Source of the DNA: Anolis carolinensis
Lineage: Eukaryota
NCBI RefSeq assembly: GCF_035594765.1
Contig: NC_085842.1
Coordinates: forward strand, 17,398,782-17,462,781
Direction: 5' to 3'
DNA length: 64,000 nucleotides
Positions within the stretch are counted from its first letter, which is position 1. The number at the start of each line of letters is the position of its first letter. The translations under genes were made by a program, and so were the position numbers. Positions 29,170 through 38,864 of the stretch are shown here, one piece after another. The notes under the pieces were generated by a model that had not been told where the DNA came from, searched no databases, and was given only the letters and a program-made list of their open reading frames with translations.

Positions 29170-29582
29170 TGTGGCTTCTCCCTCTTCCTCTCCTCTTCCT
29201 GACTCAGGAGGAATCCTTCAGCCAAAGCCACGGCCTGGGAACTGGTCTCTGCCCCACATTCCCTCACCCAGCGCTCCGTCTCCGCAGGAAGGACGGCCAG
29301 GAACTGCTCCAGGAGCACCAGGTCCAGCATCTCAGCCTTGGAGTGTCGCTCTGGCTTCAGCCACCGGCAGCAGAGAGAGTGGAGGCGGCTGCAAACCTCC
29401 CGGGGCCCCAAGGCCTCCTCATAGCGGAAATGCCGGAAGCGCTGGCACTGAAGGTCGGAATGGAGGATGCTGCTCTCCTGGTCTTTCCTCCAAGGGTCCC
29501 CCCAGGGTGCTCTATTGTTCTCTGCCTCAACAGCAGAAGGAAATACTTCTAACTGGGTGGCAGCTGGCTCCCGCCCTTCCAT
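22773..29582 (-). CDS. SCAN-KRAB-C2H2 ZnF gene B: exons 29169-29582 (or alternative SCAN 31122-31535), 28323-28419, 27793-27872, 27471-27591, 22773-24433 (or 24421); about 786-790 aa, 16 intact fingers
   Basis: All junctions are GT-AG with matching phases; the spliced CDS of 414+97+80+121+1661 = 2373 nt is open; SCAN, KRAB-A and tandem C2H2 motifs are present. Confidence 0.85.
26140..26328. mobile_element. Penelope-like element remnant as an inverted repeat (duplicate 63406-63594)
   Basis: 72-bp inverted arms 26178-26249 and 26257-26328; 8-bp TSD ttcccctg; same sequence family as 30395-30495. Confidence 0.7.
27471..27591 (-). CDS. KRAB-A exon of gene B
   Basis: [40 protein letters not shown] with AG/GT boundaries. 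Confidence 0.9.
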
Positions 29583-29685
29583 TCTTCTTCTGCGCTTCTA
29601 GGCTGCCTCCAAACTAGATGAAGATATGTCCACCTCTTCTCTCAAATGACATTCAAAGTGGAAAACCTGGGAGAATTGGTGGGGC
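29169..29685 (-). CDS. Proximal SCAN exon of gene B (ATG at 29582)
   Basis: SCAN domain ORF; acceptor at 29685 and phase-0 donor at 29169, followed by a (GA)n tract. Confidence 0.9.
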
Positions 29686-30448
29686 CTGCAAACAAAACAA
29701 GATGAATGAGCTCATGGGAATACACTTGAACAGCGTTTCTGAATGGGACCCCTGAAGGGGGTTCAGAGGGGTCGTATTTCCTGTTGGCCATGGGGGTTCT
29801 TTGTGGGAAGTTTGGCGCAATACGATCATTGGTGGGGTTCAAGGGGCTCTTCAGTTGTACGTGAACTATAAATCCCAGCAACTAGAACTCCCAAACTACA
29901 TCAGTGTTCAAATTTGGGCATATTGAGTATTTGTGTCATGCTTGGTTCAGATCCATCATTGTTTGAGTCCACAGTGCTCTCTGGATGTAGGTGAACTACA
30001 AGTCCTAAACTCAAAGTCAATGCCCACCAAACCCTTCCAGTATTTCCTGGATGGCTATATGTCGGGGGTGCTTTGAATGCGATTTCCTGCTTCTTAGCGG
30101 GGGGGTTGGACTAGATGGCCCATGAATTCTCTTCCAACTCTACTATTCTATGATTCTATGGTGATGGGAGTTCTGTGTGCCAAGTTTGGTTCAATTCCAT
30201 CATTGGTGGAGTTTCAAATGCTCTTTGATTGTAGGTGAACTATAAATCCCAGCAACTACAACTTCCAAATTACAAAATCATTCCGCCCCTCCCCCAACCC
30301 CACCAGTTTTCAAATTTGGATGTATCGGATATTTGTGCCAGACTTGGTCTGGTGAATGAAAATACATCCTGCATATCAGAGATTAACATTACAACTGGGT
30401 TGTTGTATGTCTTTCGGGCTATGTGGCCATATTCCAGAAGTATTCTCT

Positions 30449-30489
30449 CCTGACGTTTCACCCACATCTATGGCAGGCATCCTCAGAGG
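30449..30489 (-). ncRNA. Minimal type-I hammerhead ribozyme in a Penelope-like fragment (about 30395-30495)
   Basis: Minus strand CCT-CTGAGGA-T-GCCTGC-catagat-GTGGGT-GAAAC-GTC-AGG: CUGANGA and GAAA cores, stems I and II, GUC cleavage triplet. Confidence 0.65.
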
Positions 30490-31121
30490 TTGTGAGGGAT
30501 GGAAAAACTAAGCAAGGAATGTTTATATATATCTGTGGGAAGTCCAGGGTGAGGGAAGAACTCTTGTCAGTTGGAAGCCAGCTTAAATGTTCCAGTTAAT
30601 CACTCTAATTTGCATTGAATGGCTACATCTACTGGCTACTCCAGTATTTTTTGGATTTTATTTAATTTATTGGGAACCCTTATGTTTTAACTAATGTTTT
30701 ATATTGCTTATTATTAATCTGTCCATTTTGTTTTATATAGACTTGTGTTATATTTGCCCACATATTTTGCACATATTGTCCACCGTATTTATGTATGTTG
30801 TAAGCTGCTCCAAGTCCTTCAAGGGAGATGGGGCAGGATATAACTCAAGTATATATACAAACATACATATACACACACACCACCCTGGGGAATGGAGAAG
30901 ATGACTGCCCCCTCCTCTCCGTGAGAGCCCTTGGGGGATGCAAAGGGGGCAGTCATGGCCCTCCAAGTCTCTTTTCCAGGGTGAACACGCCTGGGTCCTC
31001 CTTTCTCTGAACTTGTTCCAACTTCTTTGAATTATTCTTAAAGTTAGATTTCCAAAACAGAATCCTTCAAAACAATTATTCTTGGTTCCTTGAACCAACA
31101 AGATGAATCTCTGTCTCTCAC

Positions 31122-31637
31122 CTGTAGCTTCTCCCGCTTCCTCTCCTCTTCCCGACTCAGGAGGAAACCTTCAGCCACAGCCACAGCCTGGGAACTGGTC
31201 TCTGCCCCACATTCCCTCACCCAACACTCCATCTCCACAGGAAGGACAGCCAGAAACTGCTCCAGGAGCACCAGGTCCAGCATCTCCGCCTTGGAGTGTC
31301 GCTCTGGCTTCAGCCACAGGTGGCAGAGAGAGTGGAGGCGGCTGCAAACCTCCCGGGGCCCCAAGGCCTCCTCATAGCGGAAGTGTCGGAAGCGCTGCCA
31401 CTGAAGGTCTGGATGGAGTGAACTGCTCTCCCGGTCTTCCCTCCAAGAGTCCTCCCAGAATGCTCTATAGTTCTCTGCCTCAACAGCAGAAGGAAATACT
31501 TCCAACTGGGTGGCAGCTGGCTGTTGCCCTTCCATCTTTGTTCTGTGCTTCTAAGCTGCTTCAAACTGGATGAAGATGTGTCCACCTCTTCTCTCAGATG
31601 ATATTCAAAGTGGGAGGACTGGGTGAACTGGTGGGGC
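31122..31637 (-). CDS. Second (distal) SCAN exon upstream of gene B (ATG at 31535)
   Basis: Intact SCAN ORF with acceptor TGCAG| at 31637 and donor CAG|GTGAGA at 31122; no separate KRAB exon lies between it and the proximal SCAN exon. Confidence 0.85.
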
Positions 31638-31899
31638 CTGCACACGAAACAAGAAGAATGAGAATACTCTCAAGGCAGGATAGTTTTGTCGTGAGTGTTG
31701 AGTTACTGACTGTCTTCTGAATCTGGAGATAAAAGATTCAAAGGGGGGGGGGGGGGTCCTCTCCTTCCCAGAGACCAAAACCCTCGCCCCAGACCTTCTC
31801 CACGCCTTGGTCCTTTGCTCTCTGCTTCTCCTCCTTTGTGAATCCCTCCCACTCATTTCCCAACCCGGTTCTGTGGGGCAGGTGGTGGGGGCCCTGTCC

Positions 31900-32450
31900 T
31901 TGCGGCCCTTCTCTGCCCTTCTTCAGGCCCCACAGACCCCCCTCCCGGCAGAGGCCCAGGCAGGCCAGGCTGAGGAGGCAGGAGGAGGAGGAAGGGCAGG
32001 GAGGAAGGCCCTCCAGAGCCCGTCCTCAGAGAGAAAGAGGCCGCCATGAGGGAACCCGGAAGGAGGCGGGAGAAGGACGAGGGCAGGAGGCCGCGATGAG
32101 GGAAGGAAGAGAAGGTCGTTGTTTACCCAGGAAGGAGAGGGGCAGGACGACGGGAGGAGTGAACGGGCGGAGATCCGGGAGAGAGGAGAGGAGCTGTCCC
32201 AGCGAGGCCTTTCCTCCGCCAGGCCCGCCCAAGGAGGACTGGCTCCCTTCCGGAAGCGGCGCTCCTGTCTCCCCCCCCCTCTCAGCCCGAGCCTCTTCCG
32301 GTGCCGCTCTAGGAAGCAAAGGGGCGGGGCTTCGCTACTGGGAGGCCCTTCCTTCCTTCCGCCTTCCCTCTCGGTGGCTTTAACCGCCTCCTGCGCCCAG
32401 GCCACGCCCCCTTCCTTCCCAGAGTCAAGACATGGCTGCCCTCCTCCCCT
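31900..32450 (-). promoter_or_regulatory. CpG-island promoter / probable exon 1 of gene B
   Basis: CpG-rich; ETS motifs TTCCGGAAG and CTTCCGG, GC box GGGGCGGGGC, ACGCCCC; possible donor TGG|GTAAAC at about 32127. Not obviously homologous to the gene A/C promoter. Confidence 0.55.
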
Positions 32451-32995
32451 CGGCCTTTGCCATTCTCCTCTATTGAATACTTTTATCGTGTTTATATTTC
32501 TTAGATTTTGATTGACACGTTGTATGATGTTTAGTGTTTGCTGCTCAGAGTTTCCCTTGAGGGTGAAGAAGCGGGATATACAAACTGCTCCTGATATTCG
32601 CTGCTCCTCCTCCCTGACAAAAGGGCCTCAGGCTGTGAGGAACTGGGCGGGATTGAGCCATAGGTTTACAGCCGGGATATTCAAGTGGTTGAATCCTCAT
32701 AAAATCAGAGTTGGTCTAGGCCAACCCCTTTCTGCCATGCTGGAAAAGCACAAAGCACTCCCGACAGATGGCCATCCAGCCTATGTTTAAAGGCTTCCAA
32801 GGAAAGAGCTTCCGCCACACTTCGAGGCAGAGAGTTCCACTGTTGAACGGCTTGTACGGTAAGGAAGTTCTTCCTAATATTCAAGTGAAATCTCCTTCCC
32901 AGAGATTTGAACCCATGGCTCCGAGTCCTAGTCTTCAGGGCAGCAGAAAACAAGCCTAAACCCTCTTCTTTATGACCTCGTTTCTAATATTTATA

Positions 32996-33291
32996 CAGTA
33001 GAGTCTCACTTATCCAACGTAAACGGGCCGGCAGAACGTTGGATAAGTGAATATGCTGGATAATAAGGAAAAGCCTATTAAACATCAAATTAGGTTGTGA
33101 TTTTACAAATTAAGCACCAAAACATCATGACAGAAAAAGTAGTTCAATACACAATAATGCTATGTAGTAATTACTGTATTTAAGAATTTAGCACCAAAAT
33201 ATCATGATGTATTGAAAACATTGACTACAAAAATGCGTTGGATAATCCAGAACGTTGGATAAGCGAGTCTTGGATAAGTGAGACTCTACTG
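32996..33291. mobile_element. Tc1/mariner-type MITE (same family as 17929-18251), within CR1 3' fragments (32715-32990, 33775-33925)
   Basis: Same TIRs, TA TSD. Confidence 0.85.
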
Positions 33292-33319
33292 TACATGCTG
33301 ATCATGTATAAATATTAGA

Positions 33320-33762
33320 AACGCAATGGTATTCCCCATAGTAACCTATGGATGCGAGAGCTGGACCATAAGGAAGGCTGAGTGAAGGAAGAGAGACGCT
33401 TTTGAACTCTGGTGCTGGAGGAAAATCCTGAGAGTGCCTTGGACCTTGGCAAGAAGATCCAACCAGTCCATCCTCCAGGAAAGAATGCCCAATGGCTGCT
33501 CACTAGAGGGAAGGCTATTAGAGGCAAAGCTGAAGTATTTTGGCCACATCATGAGGAGACAGGAAAGTTTGGAAAATATCATGATGCTGGGGAAAATGGT
33601 AGGCAAAAGGAAGAGAGGCCGACCAAGGGCAAGATGGATGGACAGTATCCTTGAAGTGACTGGCTTGACATTGAAGGAATTGGGGGCGGCGACGGCCGAC
33701 AGGGAGCTCTGGTGTGGACTGGTCCATGAGGTCATGAAGAGTCAGAAACGACTATGTGAGTG
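33320..33762 (+). mobile_element. RTE-BovB LINE 3' fragment
   Basis: CWRKILRVPWT.ARRSNQSIL..LKYFGHIMRR.ESLE..MMLGK..GKRKRGRPRARWMD motif. Confidence 0.85.
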
Positions 33763-35946
33763 AGAGAGAGAGATCATGTCTCCTCTCAACCTTCTCTTCT
33801 GCACACTAAACATACTCCTCTCTTCAAGCCACTCCTCACAGGGCATTGTCGCCAGACCATTTTAGTTGCTCTCTCCAGGACACGGTCCAGCTTGTTAATA
33901 TATTTCTTTAATTGTAGCACCCAGAAGGTTGTTAAACACAGCACCCCCACCCTAAGAGATTTATAGTTCACCTAGGACCCACAAGCCAAAAGATATAAAA
34001 TGCTTTCCTTTTCCCTGCTCTGCGAGGTCTCTGAGAGCCCATGACGGGCCAGGCGCAGCCAGTGCCCGTCAGTGCTCTTCCTCCTCCTCCTAGATATTTT
34101 AACTGAAAATCCATGAAGATGTGCCGATTCATGCCAGCGGACTTGCAGACTGAATCATCAGCAGCAGCTCTTACACCACAGACCCAATCCCGCATTTTGA
34201 TAAAATGTATCCTCTTGAACTATACCACTATAGTATTATATAATATTAATTAAATAATTAATTTTATTATATGGTATTATTATTAGTATTATATTGTATA
34301 ACATAATATTATTATCAATAGTATATGTATATACAATATATTATTAAAAGTGATATAAAAATATATTATAAAACTGAGGGCGGGGGCCAGGTAAATGACC
34401 TTGGAGGGCCGCATCCGGCCCCTGGGCCTTAGTTTGGGGACCCCTGCTCTAATGTATCCATTTCTATATACTTTTACCCCCTCCCCGTCTTCTCTTGCAT
34501 GTCTTCCTCTCTGCCTATACCTATATGCCTATCTATGTCTGCACATATGTGCACAACCAGAAAGTTTCTTAACCCCTTCAATGTAATATAACTAATGTGA
34601 TCTGCTTAGACTGTACCCATTCCTCCCTATGTCCTAGTGTATGAAATGTATTAATTGAATATGATTTCTGCACAAAGTCAGGCAGTCATCACCCCTTACT
34701 GATCTTGCTGAGGAATTTCCTGACACATCTGGGATGGGCACGTCCTGAGACGAAGGTGACAATCAAGATCCATTATGTTCACATGCTGGAAAGCAGGCGG
34801 TTTCCTCTGTAAAATTGATAACCACCGGCCGGTGCTTGCCAGCCGATCTCTTTCCTTGAGCCAACTTTGGAAAACAGGAACTCCAAGTTTACACACCTAC
34901 GGGACCCCTTTGTCTGGCACCCAAAGCTTGATTGAAGAGGGTCATCATCTTTTGTCACAGGACACCTCATCCTCACCATTGCCAGGAAACTTCCTCCTCA
35001 CGCAACATTAGGACAATTTAAACCAGTGGTTCCCAAATTTATTTGGCCTACCGCCCCCTTTCCAGAAAAAATACTACCCAGTGCCCCCTGGAAAGGTGGG
35101 CATGGCTTAGAGGGGTGGGCAGGGCTCCTGCTCAAAAGGGCGGGGCTGAGCATCTCCCCACCCAAACCAATAACTGGAAAATTAAAGCGTTGGATAAGCA
35201 AAAATGTTGGATAATGAGGGATTAAGGAAAAGCCTATTAAACATCAAATTACATTATGATTTTACAAATTAAGCAGCAAAACATCATGTTTTACAACAAA
35301 TCAGCAGAAAAAGCAGTTCAATAAATGGTAATGTTATGTAGGAATTACTATATTTGTGAATTTAGCACCAAACATTGAACTGGGATATAGGGCAGTGTGG
35401 ACTCAGATAACCCAGTTCAAATCAGATATTGTAGGTTATTCTGCTTTGATATTTTGTGTTATATGGCTGTGTCGAAGAACCCCGAGGTGCCCAGAATTGG
35501 ACATAGTATTCCAGGTGTGATCTGACCAATACAGAATAGAAGGGTAGATTGACTTCCCTGGACTCCTATTTATGCAGGTCAAAATTCCATTGGCTTTTTT
35601 GCATAGTTGGCTCGTGTTTAACTTGTTGTCCAGGAGGACTCCAAGATTTTATTAACATGTTCTGCTATTGAGCTAAGCACCCCCCCCCCCCCCATTTTAT
35701 ATCTGTGCATTTCATTTTTTCTGCCTAAGTGGAGTATCTTGCATTTGTCTCTATTGAACCTCAGTTTATTATTATTTATTTATTTACGATATTTATATCC
35801 CACCCTTCTCACTCTGAAGGGGACTGGGAGTGGCTTACAAGTACATACAATATATTATGTTATTAGCATAACACAATATTAGTATATATTATTATATTGT
35901 ACTATACTACTATACTGCAATATTATCAGTAATATTACATGTCATA

Positions 35947-36358
35947 CCCTGTTTCCCTGAAAATAAGACATCCCCAAAAAATAAGACCTAGTAGAAGTTT
36001 TGCTGAATTGCTAAATATAAGGCCTCCCCCGAAAGTAAGACCTAGCAAAGGTTTTGTTTGGAAGCAGGCCCGCCAAACAGAACACAAGAGCATGCAGGGT
36101 TGGTAAAGGTACATACCAGCTGTACATGGAAATAATGGTAGTAACAAGAAATTCTTGATAGGATTCAGAGTTTGTCTGGTTATGTTGGTTTGTAATGACA
36201 ACTACTGTACAGTATATAATAAATGTTCATTTTTTGTTAAACAATAAATGTGAATTCTTCTTCATGGAAAAATAAGACATCCCCTGAAAATAAGACCTAG
36301 AGCATCTTTGGGAGCAAAAATTAATATAAGACACTGTCTTATTTTCGGGGAAACACAG
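35947..36358. mobile_element. Tigger-like MITE
   Basis: TIRs CCCTGTTTCCCTGAAAATAAGAC / GTCTTATTTTCGGGGAAACACAG, TA flanks. Confidence 0.75.
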
Positions 36359-36774
36359 TATATAAAATACAATTATTGAATTGTATTCTTATAAGTATTA
36401 CACTGTATTATATTACAATATTATTATCAATATTATATGTATATACAATATGTTAGTTTGTTTTGGCCCCTCTCTAATCTGTTAAGATTGTTTTGAATTC
36501 TGCCCCACTAAGTGGTGTCAAACTACAGTTTGGCTGTCAAGACACAGAGGCCTTAAAGAGCCACACACACCATTTAGTCCAACAAAAGGTTTATTTCAAA
36601 ACAATAATATGCTCAGAGACACTTAACTTCAGAATTTCTGGCCAAAACTCAAAGAATTTGCCCAAACTGGGATCCAAAAAGCAAACGGAAAATAACCCGG
36701 ATTAAACAGAAAGAAAACCCGGATTAAAACACAGTCAAAGCAAACAGCAAGCAAACATCGCTGTAGCAAGAGAG

Positions 36775-37120
36775 TGTTGAAGTGAGAATGATTGTATATA
36801 GAGTTGTTTAAATGTAATTGAGTCATTGTGGTGCAATGTGTGCTGGAGATTGCATCATACGCTGTGTGCTGCTAACTATGCAAGTGTGTAAAGGGTTAAA
36901 CGTGGATTTCATCAGACAGCAGAGGATGAGATAAATAGCCCTCTACTTCCTATCTCTGTCCCTTCCCGTGTGTGCCTGCGTGAGAGCTGTGTATTGTCTT
37001 GTGGATTTCAGTTCGGAAGATAACCTTTGATAGATAACCGAAGACTGCAGCGTTGTTATTTACCCAAAGCTTACTCGCCAGTGACTTCTGCTGCGTGTGC
37101 CTAGCAAAGCCACTCTGACA
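36775..37120 (+). mobile_element. Nested solo LTR (346 bp)
   Basis: TGTTG...TGACA termini, 5-bp TSD GAGAG (36770-36774, 37121-37125). Confidence 0.8.
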
Positions 37121-37438
37121 GAGAGTTCCAACAAGCAGCGCTGCACCCAAAGAGTTAAATGCAAAGAGGAGTTGTCCAAGCCAGCCGAGGTCCCAGAGTC
37201 GCTGTAGAGGAAGTCCAAACAAAGTCGTTTCTAAGGTGGTCAAACAGAGCTGTAGTCGAATCAGTTCAAGAGTCAAGGAAGGGAGAGAGCCACACTCACG
37301 AGAAGCCAGTCTGAGTTGAAGAACCACGAAAACCAGGCTGTAGAACCCGAAACCAAAACCCAACAGGAAAACAGGCAGTGACAATACTGACACTTTGCCT
37401 TCTGCAAAGATTCCCCCATTTCAGAGCCTACTTTTAAC

Positions 37439-37998
37439 TTACACATCATTATCCGATGATGAGATGGCCTCCACCCCATCATCATCTCTTACAGCTGTCC
37501 TTGTCTTCACACATGAACCCCTGTTTCCATCTCTCCAGTTCCTCCATCTCCTGTCAAGACTTAGGTTTCCCCATGACTCGGATGCATCTCCCGTTTGCCA
37601 ATCCTCATGTCCCAAAAACCCCACAAACATCTCACTAGAAGTTGGCTCTGCACATATATCCCTTATCTCTTGTACCTTAGTCCAATTCATTGTGTTCTCC
37701 CCATCCTCATCACTCCCAGAGAAACCCATAAACAACTCCTCATCTGTGGGAGCAGTAAGTATATCCCGGAGCTTTTTCCTCTCCTGTTCCTCATCTGATG
37801 CCTGCTCTCGAGTAACCCTCTTAGTGCCTCTATTTCCATCCATCACATCTCCTTCCTCGCTCATCGACTCCCCGCCACTTAAAAACCCTTCGAATGTATC
37901 TTCATCAGTACCATAAGTATAACCCGGATCCTTTTCCTTTGTTGTTCTTCATCTGACACCTGCTCACGATTAGCCCTTTCCCCCCTACTGGTACTCAT
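37439..37998 (-). pseudogene. LTR U3-encoded acidic protein with three helix-acidic-FxGF repeats (one frameshift near 37910; 141-aa open part 37439-37864)
   Basis: ATG 37998 lies about 40 nt inside the LTR start once the nested LTR is removed, and the stop abuts the TATA-like box. Repeats: RIRVIL../TDEDTFEGF, KLRDILTAPTDEELFMGF, EIRDICAEPTSSEMFVGF. Confidence 0.55.
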
Positions 37999-38022
37999 AC
38001 TACTGCTTGCAAAATTACTTAC

Positions 38023-38864
38023 TGTGATATCTCAGGCACCTTTGGCCCCTGACCCTGTGGCCATTGCTGACCAGGATGAAGATTTGGTTTTCTCCCATGG
38101 CAGCAAGATTCAACTCGTTTCCAGATGCCTTCTATTGACATTTCCGAGCCAGCGCCAATTAAGGATGCCCTTGAAACAGTGCCGGCTCTCTCAGATTCTC
38201 CTGACGGGTTAGTGTTTGATCGCAGGGCTCTTTTGAAAACAGAGAGATCGCAGAGACAAAGCTTGAGGAGAAGCGCCAGATTAGCGGAGCGTGGTGATTA
38301 TGGCTAAGCTCAGTTCTCTTGGGAAAAATTAGGGAGTCAGGCACCTGGCTTGGGGGAGCTTATGAACTTCAATAAAAGTATTGCGCTGGAAACTTTCCTT
38401 TGCCGTGTCAACGTTACCTCTTTCTGAGAAGCATCATCGTCTCTAGCTCCTGAATTCCAAGCGGTCTGACGGTGCGCTTACTCCTGAGTAGACCGGGCGT
38501 CGGTCTACCTTCTTGCCCAAGTTTGGACTGCATTTCAGCTCCACCACATCCAGCTCGTGCCTTGCCTTGAAATCCTGCTTTTGGAAATTTACTCCAGAGA
38601 ACTCATCTGTGCTACTTTGCTCCTTTTCCCCACTCAATACTCAAGCCGAGTTTGAGTGTGTTTCGGTTTCTGGACTTTGGACCTTAATATTGGACATAAG
38701 ACTTTCACTTATTGGACTAATTTTGATCTTTCCTGAAAGGTCAATTGCTTGTTCAACTTTTCTGCTTATTTTCTTTTGGAACTTCATTTGCTTCAATAAA
38801 GATATTATATTGTTATTGGCCTCTGTGTTGGTTTTCAGTGCTCTCGCTGCCTAGGGGTGTAACA
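38023..38864 (+). mobile_element. Nested solo LTR (842 bp)
   Basis: TGTGA...TAACA termini, 5-bp TSD CTTAC (38018-38022, 38865-38869); AATAAA at about 38371 and 38796. Confidence 0.85.

Noticed and set aside
33930-35007. Possible additional solo LTR (TGTTA...GCAACA) interrupted by a hAT fragment
   Set aside because: No matching TSD or clear promoter/poly(A) signals found, so it is left uncalled.
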